64,000 bases of DNA from the human T2T-CHM13v2.0 reference genome, Homo sapiens, in NCBI RefSeq assembly GCF_009914755.1, contig NC_060940.1. One strand, given 5' to 3'. The notes beneath the pieces are model-generated. The model made no database searches, was not told the origin of the DNA, and saw only the letters and a list, made by a program, of their open reading frames with translations. How positions within the stretch are numbered: the first letter of the stretch is position 1; every line of letters starts with the position of its first letter. The position numbers and the translations under genes are program-made. Shown piece after piece: positions 48,701 to 63,840 of the stretch.

Positions 48701-50185
48701 CAAAGTATTTACAAGAAACCTTCCAGTTATTAATCTCAAATTTAATTCTATTGTAGTCATAAACTAGTCTCTGTTATTTCAATCCTCTCAAATTTATTGA
48801 GACTTGTATGGACCTGCATATGATCTACTTTTGTGAATGCCTTAATTATTTGAAAATAATGAATATTCTACAACTGATGGATGTAGAGGTCTATAAACAT
48901 CAAAGATGTCCAGGCAGTCGATAGTATCATTCAAGTGACCTACATCTTTATCTAAAATATCTGACTATGATTGTGAAATCACTTCTTTCTCCCTGTGGTC
49001 ATGTCAGTATTTGGTCCATTTGTTTTGGATGTCTGTTTTCAGGTGCATATGCATTTATGATTGTTGTCTTCCTGAAGAATTATCTGTTTTAGTATTATGT
49101 AATGTCACTCCAGTAATGCTCTTTGTATTAATTCAATTTTGTTAGGATGTATAGGTTTTTCAATACATACAAAGTATCTATTGTCCTTATTTTGGTAAAT
49201 TGTGTCTTTGAAGGAATTAGTCCATTTCATCTAAGTTATCAAATGTGTGAGCATGGAGTTGTTTGTTGTATACATTTACTCTGCTTTAAATATTCATGGG
49301 ATCAGAGTAGTGATGCTACTTTTTCATTTCTGATATTAGTAATTTGTATCTTCTCTCTCTTTCTCTTTTTTTTTTGGTTAGCTTGGCTAGTGGTTTATAT
49401 CAACTTTATTGAAACTTTCAAAAAGCCAGCATATGGCTTTGTTGATTTTCTCTATTATTCCCTTGATTTCTATTCCATTAATTTCTGTTCTTTCATCAGA
49501 AGACCAGTGCTCTAACCTCTGAGCTTGAGAGCCTCATTATGCTTTTATATTATTTCTTTCTATCTAATTGCTTTAGGCTTAAATAACTCTTCTTTCTCTA
49601 GTTTCTGGAGGTGGACAATTAGTCTATTGATTTTAGATATTTATTATTTTCTGACTTGTTCATCGAATATTATGGATTTCCCTCTAAGGACTGCTTTCAT
49701 TGAATCTCACAAATTTTGCTAAATTGTATTTTCATTTTCATTTAGTTCAAAATATTTTAAGAAGTTTTTGAGTCCTCTTTGACTTGCCTATTATTTAGAA
49801 GTATATTGTTTATCATCCACACATCTCAAGAATGTTCTAGATATCTTACTGTTATTTATTTCTTATTTAATTATGTTGTAACGAGAGTATATACCTAATA
49901 AGATTTCAGTTGTTTAGAATTTATTGAGACTTAGATATCTACATGCAATGAGGTTGTACCCTTTCCTTGTACCATACCCACCCTTTAACTCAAAATCAAT
50001 CAAGAATCTAAATATAAGAATTATAACTATAAAGCTCTTAGAAGAAACCATAGGAGAAAAGCCTCATGACAGCAAAAGACATGTGACAAGTAGATGAGTT
50101 GAACTACATCAAAATAAAAACCACTCTGTGCAGGAAAGAACGCAACAAGCAGTGAAAAGGAAACCCAAAGAAATGGGAGAATATA

Positions 50186-50232
50186 TTAGGTTGATGCAAA
50201 AGTAATTTTGCAGTCTTTGCCACTACTTTTTA
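50186..50232. mobile_element. Half MADE1 (Hsmar1-derived MITE), single TIR
   Basis: TA|TTAGGTTGATGCAAAAGTAATTTTGCAGTCTTTGCCACTACTTTT matches the MADE1 left half; no complete right TIR. Confidence 0.7.
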
Positions 50233-52588
50233 AATTCTTATTTTATTTTTTATTTTTAAAATTACTTTTAATATGCCATGTAGATACTGTGCGAGTCACA
50301 TTATTTACATTTTCTCATTCAATATAACTTAATTCTCGTTTTTAAAAATATCTATGAGCCAGAGATGAAGATGGAGATGGGAAAGATGAAGAGACTAATG
50401 CTACACAGAGCGATTGCACAACTTACCCAAAGTTATACAGCTAGTAAATCACTTTTATTATTATGGATGTTTCTTTCTACCTCTTTAAAATTCTTTGTCA
50501 TGAAATCTGATGTTAACATGGCTTCCTATAGCTCTTATCAATATGGTTTCTTATTAATATGTTTTTCTGCTTTCTTGTGCTTACTGTTTGCATAGTATAT
50601 CTTTTTTCGATTATTTTAATCTCAATCTTTCTGTATACTTTTATTTCAAAATGTGCATCTTCAGATAGTATGATGACTTCTTCCTTTTAATTTTGGTGTG
50701 GTCCATTTACATTTAATGGAATTACTGAATTGATTGTATTTAAGTCAACTATTTTTCTGGTTTTTTTCCATTTTCAGTTTTTGTTCTCATTCCTCTTTTT
50801 TTTTCTTTCTTTTCTTTCTTGGGGTTATTTAAATGTCTTTTAGCAATTTATTATATTTTCTCTTAATTTTTCAATCATACTTTTTCTAAGATTTTCAGTG
50901 ATTGTTCTAGGTATATCAATATATCTTCTTTGTAAACCAATTAGAGTTTATATGGAATCATATTGTACTTTTTTATATTTCACACCAATTAATGTACAAT
51001 TTTTGCTTTCTTTTTCCATTTTTTTCCCTTCATACCTGGGCCACCTCCCACCTTCCTAGTTTCTGCTTTATCCTTTATGTTTTATTCATAAATGTGATAC
51101 TTCCAACAGTATAATTTCATTACCCAGCACCCTTATGATGCTTTATATACTTGTTTTATAATTTTACTTCTATATTTGTTTTAAACTTCATTTTACAATG
51201 TTATTATTTTTATTCAGTCAGTGCTAAGAGATGTTAACTTAAATTTTCTCATAATTTAAGAACATTATGAGAAAAAGAAAACAATATTTTATATTAAATT
51301 ACTTATTTACCATTTACAGTGCTCATCACTCTTTTGAGTACATTCAAGTTTCTATCTGATATTATTTCTCTTTGGCTTGAAGAATATCCTTCTACATTTC
51401 TTCTCATGCAGGCATGCTGGTAATGTATTCTTCCAGGTATGATTTATCTAAAAATGCCTACATCTCACCTTTAGTTTTGAAGGCTATTTTTGCTGTATAT
51501 AGACTTTTTGATTGCCAACTTTTATTTTTTCCTTCAGCATATTCAAGATTTTTTTGTTATTGTTTCTGGCCTCCCTTGTTTCTGACAAAAAGTCAGTAAT
51601 ATTTTTTACATTTGTTCTCTTGAATTTTATGTGTTTTTATTTTCCTACTTTAAAGATTTTTTGTCTTTTGTTTTCTACAGTTTAACTACATAGTTCCTGA
51701 GTGTGGTTATATTTATATTTACTGAGTTTCTTGAACTATAACTTACTGTTATATATTTATCACACTTTTGTGAAATGTTTAGCTATTACTTCTTAAAAAT
51801 AAATATTTTTTCTGCTTCAGTATTACTCTTTTCTCTTTTGGAGACTTCAACTACATGTATGTCAGATCATTTGATATTGTCCCACAGGATCCTAGGACTC
51901 TGTTACATTTTTTTAGCTTTTTTTGTTTTGTTCTTTAGGTTGCATAACTTTCAATTACATGTCTTTAAAGTCACTGAATGTTTCTTTTGCTCACCCAGTG
52001 AGTTTCTAAATTTCACATATTGGACTTTTCGTTACTATACTTCTAAGTTCTAGCCTTTTCATTTGATTTTTTCTTGCATTTTCTATTTAACTGCTGAGAT
52101 TTCCTGTCTGTCCACTCATTAAGATTACATTTTCCTTTAGGTTTTTTTAAATATCATTTGCGAATATGTATAATCACTGTTTGAAAATCTTTGTCTGCTT
52201 AGCGTCATGCTTGGACCAGCTCAGGATTGGTTTATATTAATGACTTTATTTTTCTTGACTATGGTTCATTTTTTCCTGTTTACTTGTATGGCTAGTGGGT
52301 TTTAATTGAATACTGGACATGGTGAATAATATAAAGACTTTGAATTCTAGTTTTTTGAAGAGTGTTAATTCTTATCTTAGAAGGCAATTCAACTACTGGT
52401 TGATCACTAGGAACTTTGTGCAACTTTGGCTTTACATTTTGCTTGTTCAAATTTTATTTAGAATGTATTTATCAAATTTTTCTAACTCAGCTAACTTCCA
52501 CCTCCTAACTCTGTCTCCCCTGCAGATCTTATTTGGGTTTTCTTTTAGGCTTTGTTAGGGTAGGCCAAAGCGGTAGGTCTTACTCTAG

Positions 52589-52956
52589 TGTATTAATCTG
52601 TTCTCACACTGCTAATAAAGACATACCCAAGACTGCGTAATTCTAAAGGAAAGTGGTTTAATTGACTCACAGTTCCAAATGGCTGGGGAGGCCTCACAAT
52701 CGTAGTGGAAGGCAAGAAGAAGCAAGTCACATCTTACATGGTGGCAGGGAAGAGAGAATGAGAGCCAAGCAAAAGGGGTTTCTCCATATAAAACCATCAG
52801 ATCTCGTGAGACTTATTCACTACCATGAGAATAGTATGGGGGAAACCACCCCCATGATTCAGTTATCTCCCACCAGATCCCTCCCACAACAGGTGGGAGT
52901 TATGGAAACTGCAATTCAAGATGAGATTTGGGTGGGGACACAGCCAAACCATATCA
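52589..52956 (-). mobile_element. THE1C/D-like MaLR solo LTR
   Basis: TGTATTAATCTGTTCTC ... CCAAACCATATCA; perfect TSD TCTAG. Confidence 0.88.
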
Positions 52957-53748
52957 TCTAGGATGTGTCTTTATTCTAAAATGAGGACATTCTTGTGTCT
53001 TTGCTGGATTTCAGGTATGTTAATGATGTGTTAACAAGATCTCTCCATTCTAGGACCAGAACCCCAACATCTCTCGGCACTCTTTTTCCTTCAGCACTCT
53101 TGATCTCTAGTGTCTAAGTTCCATTTTCAACCCTAACTTTTGTTGTCTTCTAAACCTTGGGACATCTCACCTTGAGAATGGACAAGCTAGCCCTCAGCCA
53201 TACACTTACAAGTGACCCCCTGCATGGACTTTTAGGGCAACCTCTCTGCACATCTTCCATCCTTTTGATGCCTTCATTAAACATTACTCATGAATTCATT
53301 TATTAAACAGATTGCAAGCTGCTTCATTGCATATATTTCAAACTCTGCTCTCTGCCTTCTCAACTTAGCAGAACTGCTGTGCTCTGTTGAGACTCCTGTT
53401 TTCTGCATCACACTGGAGAAATTTTCCCCAAGTATAGAGCTATATAATCACAGGACTTACCTAGGTGTTTCCTCTTTCATGAATCACAATCTCGTGCTGC
53501 CTGTTTTCCACCGTCTGAAAAACCTGTTGGCTTCCATATTTTGTCTACTTTTATAGTTATTCACAGTGGGAAGTCTAGCCCAGTACCAGTTACCCTTCCA
53601 TGGACAAAAACAGAAGCATTAACATTTTCTTTTAGTATCTTGAATTCAGATAGTATCTTTAGAATATATTTAGATGTAGTGCTTGTATTTCTTATCATTG
53701 CATTTAAAATAGTGCCTGACACACAGGTGATCAATAAAAATGTGTTGA

Positions 53749-54130
<382 letters not shown>

Positions 54131-55166
54131 TTTTTTATTCTCTTTGGAACATTTGCTAAACAGATGTTGGATCTTCTGGATGTATGTTACCTGTCTTAAC
54201 TTTCCCCTCACCCCATGTTTGATCTTTTTTTTCACTAGTTATAACAGAATTCCTCAGCTGGGTGTCCCAGGCCGGTTTTTGGTATTCATGGATAGCCTTT
54301 TTTTTCTTTTACATTCCACCCATCTATTAAATTTTAGCTTTTAATTTGACAATCATGGCTTTAAAATTTTGTATTTGAGAGTTTGAGAGTTCAGGTGTTT
54401 TCATTTCCTTAGCAGCCTGCTCTTTCTTATTGATGTGATGGCTCAATAAGTTACTTCATTTATTGTTAACTGTTTCCTTACACATGATTTGTTTACTGTA
54501 CTTTGAAATTCTTTTTCATACAGTTAGATTCATTCCAATGTGTGGTATTTATTGGTTGCTATTCACAATAATTGATGAAATTTAAATTGAACGATGTTGG
54601 CAGCTGGGGAGTAATTCTTCTGCCCAAGGCAAATTTCATGTTCTCTTGGCAATGAATGCAGATTTAGATTATAAATGCCTTAATTCAGGTGTAGTTTTTT
54701 TTTTTTTTTTTTTTTTTTTTATAAAAGGAGGCAGATGAGGCCGAGTGAGATTTACTTTAACGTATGTGGGTGGAAGATTTTCAGTTTTGAATGTGATCTC
54801 CTTGTCTTGCCTGGAAGCTGTAAGCTATCCAAGGTATAGCCCCACTTCTCTAACCATAGATCCCGCTTTGGGGACCTTCTTTGTTAGAGTTTCTGGGTTG
54901 GAAATCTGTATATAAGACATTATCCTAAGTGTAAATGTCAGATAAAGCCAAGGCCTGGCTTAACTGCTTTATCTTTTAATTACTTATCCTGCTGACAACC
55001 CACAAGGTGCTTGTTCTTTAACCCATCTGTTTTCATTGCCAATCTCTTCAGGCTGATTTTCTCTTCCATCAGAGGATACTGGTGGTTCTCCTCCTATCTT
55101 TCCAACTCTGTCAGGGGTTGTTTTTAAGTATGTGTATTTATCTTCTACCATTTTAGTCATGTGCTT

Positions 55167-55594
55167 TATGAAAGGAAAATAAATTTGAGACCCCAAAAAT
55201 CACTAAGCTAAAGGGAAAAGTCAAGCTGGGAACTGCTTAGGGTATTCTATTCAAAGCTCACTGGGATAAATGCATATTTGATTGCCTCCTTTGAAAAGGC
55301 TAATCAGAAACTCAAGACAATGCAACTGTTTGTCTCTAATCTGCCTATGAGCTGGAAGCCCCCTCCCCTCTTGAGTTGTCTTGCCTTTCTTGCAATATTC
55401 ATCTTACATCTATTGATTGATGTGTCATATCTCCCTAAAATGTATAAAACCAAGCTAACCAAGCTATGCCCCAACCACGCTGAGCACATATAGGCAGGAC
55501 CCCCTGAGGCTGTGTCACAGGCATGCATCCTTAACTTTGGCAAAATAAACTTTCTAAATTGACTGAGACCTGTCTCAGATATTTGGGGTTCACA
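55167..55594 (+). mobile_element. MER4A1-like solo LTR
   Basis: T(A)TGAAAGGAAAATAAAT...CACTAAGCTAAAGGGAAAAGTCAAGCTGGG ... GGGGTTCACA; 4-bp TSD GCTT. Confidence 0.85.
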
Positions 55595-56239
55595 GCTTTA
55601 AACCCGAAGTCTCCACTTACAATTTTATATCCTATTTTTCAGTACCATTGCTGCCAAAGATTTTCTTTGTCATTAAATTTATTCACACCAGTGTAAAATT
55701 ACAGTCAAGAGCCCGCATAAAACAGGCATACAGCTCTGAGTGAACCAATTGTCTGGGCAAAATATAACAGCCAGTTTGTTTGTTCCACAGTGATTAGAAA
55801 AAAAATTAAACCTATATTAGGGAAAAAAAGTAACAAGAAGAAACACGTCATCTGCAAAATATATCGGAGAGCTTTGATGTGTGTTTGTTTATCACTAGAG
55901 GATAATCACTGATAAAAGAAATCTCATTTGCAGATCAAAAGTATCCTAGGACAGCAGACATCCATAGATAGATTTTCAAGAAAAGGAAATGAAGTTAGCA
56001 TAAGCCCAAATAAACTTCTTGACCTGATACGTAAAGCCATAAAAATGATGCTTCTTAGTGGTCTTACACACAGACTCCCAGTAAATGAGATGAAGCTGTG
56101 GGGAATTTTTTTGTTTTTGTCTTTGTTTTTAATTCTTATTTTTTTATTAAGAACTAAGCTGGATGAATTATGGCCACCAGGCAAATGGAGTGTGGGTATA
56201 TGATTGTGTATTTTTGTTAATTTTTTTTAACTCATTACC

Positions 56240-57400
56240 TCTTCGATTCACTCATTAAACAAATATTGATTAAGTATCCACAACAGACACCAAACACTAC
56301 TTCTACCATTAAGGAAGTCCCACTAGAAGAAGGAAAATGTAAGTACGTTATTTAAAACACTGTAACATGGCCCTACAATAAGATTAATAACATGATCTAC
56401 GCTATCACATAAGAACCCAATTAAATGTGGAAGGAAGGTAAGGCCTACAGGTTCATTGATGGAGAAGAGTGTGGATGGAAGAGGCTTTTTAGGAGATGAG
56501 AATGTGTTCAGTTTTGGACTTCTGACTTTGAGGCACCGGTGGAACTATTCCGTGGCAGAAAGATAAGTTCATATGTCGCTTATGTGCGAATCTGAGCTGA
56601 AGTTTATATCTGAGTGGCTAACATGATAATGATAATACTCTCCCAGATGGAGAACAACTAAGCTGAAAAACCAGAAGGACTAGAAGGAGTTAATCAGGTA
56701 AAGATCACTGGCATGGAGTTTTTAGATAGAATAGATGTTGAACCATTCAGATGCATTTGTGAACATAATATGATTCAAAAGAATTGTAAGTCGATCCACA
56801 TGGCCAAAATAAAGAGTGTGATGGGGAGAAAGCAAGGAATATTGCTGGAAGGGATAGTGGGAGTCAGACCCTGCAGGGTCTTTTATTTGTGCTGGCTTTT
56901 GTCCAGAGGAATAGCATCATCAGGTTTTGGATGTAGAGCATAGACTGGATCACAAAAAGAAGAACTGGAATTGCAGGGACCACCTAAGTGAGTGTTGTAG
57001 AAATTCAGCCGAACAATGATAGTCACTTTCACTAAGATGTTCTTGGCAAAAATGAAGATAAATGGAGGCCTCCTAGAACTACTTAGTGGGTATAATAAAT
57101 AGAATCTGGCGAGTGTTTTCACCTGAGAGTAAGGGAGAAGGATGCATTCTGTTGAAGCCCCTTCGCTAATGGGTGAATACAGGTCCATTCACAGAGAAGA
57201 GTGTGGATGGACGAGGAGCTTTGGGAGGTGACAGTGAGTTCACTTTTGGACTTCTGAGGGAACTATTCCATAGCAGCAGGTTATGTTCTTATGTACCTCA
57301 TGTGGGAATCTGAGCTGAAGATTATAGCTGGGTGGCCAAGGTGATAATGACAATTGAAAATATGGGACTAGGTTAAAAAAAGAAAAACAACCTATGAAAG
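56240..57400 (-). mobile_element. L2 remnant containing an internal duplication
   Basis: CATTAAACAAATATTGATTAAGTATC end and TGTGTTCAGTTTTGGAC...TTTGAGG L2 motif. Confidence 0.55.
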
Positions 57401-57459
57401 AGCATACAGAGACAAATATCAGAGAGATAAGAGAAAAATGGGACCATGTTGGCTATTGG

Positions 57460-58240
<781 letters not shown>

Positions 58241-58894
58241 AGCAGTTGGTATCACCTAAGCCAATGAAAACCTGTCTTCAGGAGAGAGTGAGTGGTAAAT
58301 AGGGTTAGAGGCTGCGGATGAGTTAAGGAAGAGGAAGACTGAAATGTGTGCATTGGCATTGGAATGTCCGCAAAGGAATTAGAGTAGAGCACTTTCTCTT
58401 TCCTAGCCCACCCTCCTCTCCTCTTTCTTCTGGCATTGTGTTGTCCTGTCTCTTGTCTATCATATTCCCATGTTTTCCCTCTGGCTAAAAAGGTGGGCAG
58501 ATGACATTGCCCTGCCATTTAAAGTTTCTTAAGGGTGGGCAAGTGACCTAAACTGAGTCCATCTGAGTCCTGTCTGGCACTCAGTTTCGGTTGGTGGGGG
58601 GGCGGGAGGGTTGTGGCAGGGTTGGGGGGTGCTGATGGGAAAGTTGATTGCTTGTTCTTTGGGTCAGGGTTCTAGAAAGAAGTAACCAGGGAATTACTTT
58701 CAGTTGTGGGACAAAAGTCCTTGTGCAGAAAGAAAAGATAAATAAGCAAAAAGCAAACAAACAAACAGAAAACAAAAAAAAACCCCAAGAGGATCAGACA
58801 ATATATTAGCAGTGAAAGTGATGAGGGAGGGTAGGAAAGAAGGAAGGAGAAAAATTGGGTAGGGAGAGACAGAGTGAGAGTCAGAGCAAGAGCT

Positions 58895-58925
<31 letters not shown>

Positions 58926-61900
58926 TTGAGAGAGACTGGAGAGTTGGTTTGTTGGCTGATTAATTTCTGGGAGCATTGAGTTTCAGAATGAATCTGCAAG
59001 CCCCAAACTCTCATGTCTTTTTCTTTGATCACTGTAAGCAACTCTAACTTTCTTTTCAGACACATGATCCCCAAATTCTCTTTTGCCTAAGCTAGTTTGA
59101 ATTGTGTTTATACTTTCTAATAATATTTGAATAATCCTGACTAACACTGACATCACTAGGTATGGTGATTAAAGAAAGAATGCTGTAATTTGAGAATATA
59201 GGGTTAAAAGTAGATAAAATAAGTCTAGTTGTTTTATAAGAGAGATGCATTTATTCAACAAATATTTACTATTCTATGCCCTGGAGATTCAGCATTGAAC
59301 ATAGGTGGTATGGTATGTGCATAGTTGAGTGTGAATAAATCTCTTTGATAACAAATTCCATGGAATGTAAAAATTTAGAGCCCATTTGTAGTATGATCTA
59401 ATCTTTATTTCTATGGTATTGTACATGTAGCAATAATGTTGAATTTTTGTTTAACACTATGAAAGGGCAAACATTTTCATTTATGGAAGATAGCCAAAAT
59501 AGAGCTTCTCCCTTAAGTACTATGTTGGTTTTGGGAATGAAGATGCAAACAGAGTCACACTTTCCTGAATTGGATCTTCTTGTTATTTTTCCCCATGGTG
59601 GGCATTCACCCATGCTTTTAGCCAAGATGAGCACACCGAGAATGAGATGGCACACCATTGTTAAGACCTAGGAGGATGGAAGCTGATTTCAAAACAGACC
59701 TTCTGCACTAGGGAGCGTGGTATCTTGTTTTGCTGCCAATTAAGTAGTGATGAGTTTGTCGTGTTTCCTGTTATCCAGGATGATTAATCTGAGCCCTGAA
59801 TCCAACTAAACCATTAAGGAAAATTCACAGCAAGATAAGCTGGGAGTGACAATGTTACCCTTTACAAGAAGGGGAGATGACAGAATGAAACACAACCCCC
59901 TGCCTCCCTCTCTCTGGTTTCCAGCCTGTGGTGGTAAAATCCTTGGGCTCCTACTGTGATAAAGAGCTTGGGAAGGCATGAGCTAGAGTCACACAATCAG
60001 AGACTCTTAGAACTGAAAGGGGCCTTGGGACTTTGCTTCTCCAACCTGCTCATCACACAGATGAAGGAATGGAGGATCAGAGCGTTCATTTTACTCGCTT
60101 ATAAACACACAGCAAGTTGTTGACTGGGCCGGGACTAGAGCCCCATCATTTAGCACTTATTGTGGTCTCTTTCCCATTGTATCATAGAGTTCTGAGCTCA
60201 CAGCAGCTGTCTTCTTTTGCAGAAGAGAGTTGCAGTACTGAACACACTATTTAAGGACCTGAGATCTAATCTCTAGACTAGCCTCTGGCACCAACTTGCT
60301 ATAGGAACTGCAGTTGACTGGCTGCTGTGTGGGGTACTTTGCTTATTTCTGTATGACTTTTCATTCTTCACTGGGCTGGATCTGTTACCTTATGTGGTGG
60401 TCTCAGAGAAGCATTTCAAGAGAGTGAAGGCAGACACCGCAAGACCCTTTGAAATTTAGACTCCAAAACTTGCACAATATCACTTCCACCATTTTTTATT
60501 GATCAAAGCCAGTTACTGAGCCAACCCAAACCCCAGGTGAAGGGAAACAAACCCAAGCTCTTGATAAGACTAGTGACAAAGTTACATTGCTAAGGGTCCT
60601 ATGAAATATACCTAATTTTTGCAGTAATCTTTGCAAACCACATCTTCCATATTTGGCAGTCTTGAAATGTACAGTTACCCCACAGAAACAGCAAAATAAC
60701 CCACTAACTTCATTACCCACACACTTTATGTATTGCCTCTTTTTCATGTTTCCCATGAAGTGCTCCCAATTTTGTTTTTGTTTTTGTGTAAGGGAGGAAT
60801 CTTAAGAGAGAAATAAGCATGTGTATGTAGAGCATGTGATCACATATATGCATGCGTGTATGTTCTAGTTCATGTTTTAAGTTGATATTTGAGTTACTTA
60901 TTTCCCAGAAAAGATGTCTCATGACACCAGAGAATATGTAACATCAAAAGAAAAAGCCCAAATTCAAAATAGATGTAAAGCTAATTTAAAAATAGAAGAG
61001 TAGAGCAATAAGATGGAGCCAGAAATAAGGCTTAAAAAAGCATACTCTTATATCATTAACACTTGTGGTAGGCAAACTGCAGCCTTGACTCTGAACTGTG
61101 TAGGAGCCTTTATGAAGATCACAACACATGACTACTGCTAAGAGATAGGGAGAAAACAGTGTTTTTTTACCTTTTGGTCACAGGGCCTCCTGTCAAGATT
61201 GTATTCCCTTTCTTTGGATTTCATAGCCTACTTATATCTGAGTCTATATATTTTTCCTCTTTTTTTTGTAGCTTGAGTAGGATTCCTCATGATCAATGTC
61301 TTCTGCTTGAAAATGTAATCTTAAGGAAAAGCAGAGACCAAGTGTGGAGACATCATGGCCCCCTTGGGTCTGTCCATGGTGCTGAACTAGGAAAAGCCAA
61401 AGATGACCCAAGACCCTTGTTTCTAAGAGCGTCTTTGCTGTGACTGACAAGAGTCGATTACAATTCAAACTACGTGTGTGCTTGTCTTGACTATTGCTTT
61501 TAAACCAGGCCACTCCTAACATAGTGTTTTTAAAATTATGCAGTTGGAATCCTGAAACAGAGGAGTTGGATATTCCTGTCCAGATTACCAAGAAAGGCTT
61601 GGGTTTCTCTCTTTATTCCTACCTCACCTCTTGAAATAACCTTGCGTTTATGTTTTTCTGATCCTTTTACTTAGACAATGGACCTAGCTGTGTGCTCATT
61701 CCAAATCTAGTGACAGATTTTCTAAGCATTTTTGTTTTTCATCTTTTCAATTATTTCTTAAATATCCAGTGTGTACTGATTTCTCTCTCTCTTCTTAGTA
61801 GCCTCCATCATGTAATCAAGCCCAAGTCCCTGAAATCCAGTCCTCATCCAAGAGCTGGTCATCTTGTTCCTATCAAATACAATCAACCTCTCAGATGAGA

Positions 61901-63409
61901 GGAAGTAATACAAAAAAGAAGTCTTATCTTCAATACAATACAAGGGCAGGGAATGGATAAAGGACTCTGAGGCTGTCTTGTATATTGTACCCTGAGAGGT
62001 TATCTAGAAAGTAATCTTTTAAAACACTTTTTGAAAAAAAATTTGTCAAGGACCAACAGTTCTAAGACATCCAGTTGAATGAGGGCACTGCTTCCTTGAT
62101 CCCAGAAGTCATCTTTTGGAAATAAAGTAAATATATTTGCTTGCTTTAGCAGAAAAACCAGTATTGATCCCCATTCTAAAGAGAATGGAGAGAGCAGATG
62201 GCTGCTCTCCATCAAATGAGGATCTTTTTTCAAGAACAAGATGAAGCAAACAAAACCCAGGTTTCCCCCCTGCAAACTGCTGTTTCTCTTGGCTACTGTA
62301 TTTACTGGAGCAATCAATGAGACAAACAGATTCTAAATAGCCTTCACATATTACCCAGGATTAAAATGAGTACCCAGCTGTGGTAGACAAATTCAGAACA
62401 AGTTATTTCAGATAACAGTCCTGTGATTGTTTTGAAACAATTTATTTGTTTATCTGACCCACAACACACGCACGCGCGCAAACACACACACACACCCTTA
62501 CTTTTCCCTTGAAAAAATGAGAAGACCACGTTGGTTTTTTAAGTGTTTTGAACTCCATGTTCTTTGCTCCCTATGGCTAGTCAACCATTAAGTCATGTTT
62601 GTTGTACCATCTGCAAAGCTCTTAAATAATGCAGTGGCAGAATCGTGCAGTGGTTGAGAGCCCAGACTCAAAACGTAGACATCCTGGGTTTGAATCTACC
62701 ACTTGCAAGCCAGGCCACCTTAGGCAAGTTGCTCAGCCTAACTTGTAAAATGGAGGAAGTAGTAGAACCTATTTCATAAGGTTGTTTATTAAATATATAT
62801 AATGTACTAGTACAGTTCCTGACACAAAACAAGCACCTGATAAGTGTTATTATTGGCAATGTTTTTGTTATTCAATCTCCTCACTTATTTCCTTTTACAG
62901 TCTAAGTTGAAGCCAACATTATATTCCACCTGGACACCTCCAGTAGTTTCATAATGTTTTTCCATGGCTCTGCCTTAATTCTTATTTGCATCCTTTCCAT
63001 TCTGTCATTGCACAGCCAGAATGAACACTCAAAGCAAAACAAAACAAAAACTCTAGTGGTTGTATGTGTGTCTAAGGATGTAGAAATGGCAAAAATTATG
63101 AGAGAATAAGCCATAGGAACTTAGAAGATTCATGAGGGGCATTGGGTTTTATCTTGCTGTGTGTTGTGGTTTTGTTCTTGGTTGTGCGAAGGGTTGGGGT
63201 ACCCAGCTGACACTGGCTTATCCAACACTCCAACCCTTGAATTTTTGACCCCATCATGTAAGTAAGCAAGCTACACAAGCAAGCCACACAATTATTGCAG
63301 AGCTTCTGGTCATTTCTAACACAGATGGCATTGTCACATATCCTAGAAACATATGCAATATCCTGCTTGGTCATTGGATTATGCTAAGGGGTTTCATTGG
63401 CCAGTTTAT

Positions 63410-63840
63410 CACCTAGGGTTTGCTGTGTAATAATCTACCCCAAAACTCAGTGGCTTAAGATAACATCTATTATTATATATCACATGACCATGGATTCCCT
63501 GAGGATTGGCTGCCCCAGGATGGGTTCAGCACATCTCTGCTGGGTTTGTTAATACGTCTGCAAATCAGCTGGAACTGTATGTTAAAGTTAGTTAGGCCAC
63601 CATAGCTGAAGAAGCCCTGCTTCGTGTATCATTCCTCTTCTTCCTGGACCAGCATATAGCCTGGGCTTTTCCTTCTCAATAGTGATGCAGAAAGTGCAAG
63701 ACTCTTAGTGGAAACACATGAAGCCTCTTAAGGCTTCAACTCAAAACCAGTGCATCAATTCTGCTTCATTCCATGACCCAAATCAAGTCACATGGCCACA
63801 TCAGGGGAAAGAAATAACATTCCACTTGTTATGTGCATAG
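63410..63840 (-). mobile_element. Old MLT1-type MaLR LTR
   Basis: CCCCAAAACTCAGTGGCTTAA ... GCCTCTTAAGGC...CAAGTCACATGGCC motifs. Confidence 0.55.

Larger units (their letters stand above)
44550..52400 (-). mobile_element. Cluster of old, fragmented L1M elements hosting the L1PB1
   Basis: T-rich diverged antisense L1 sequence on both sides of L1PB1, plus a sense L1 fragment at ~49930-50183; boundaries approximate. Confidence 0.6.

Noticed and set aside
54696-54720. T25 run as a possible processed-pseudogene tail
   Set aside because: No TSD and no recognisable retrocopy body next to it.
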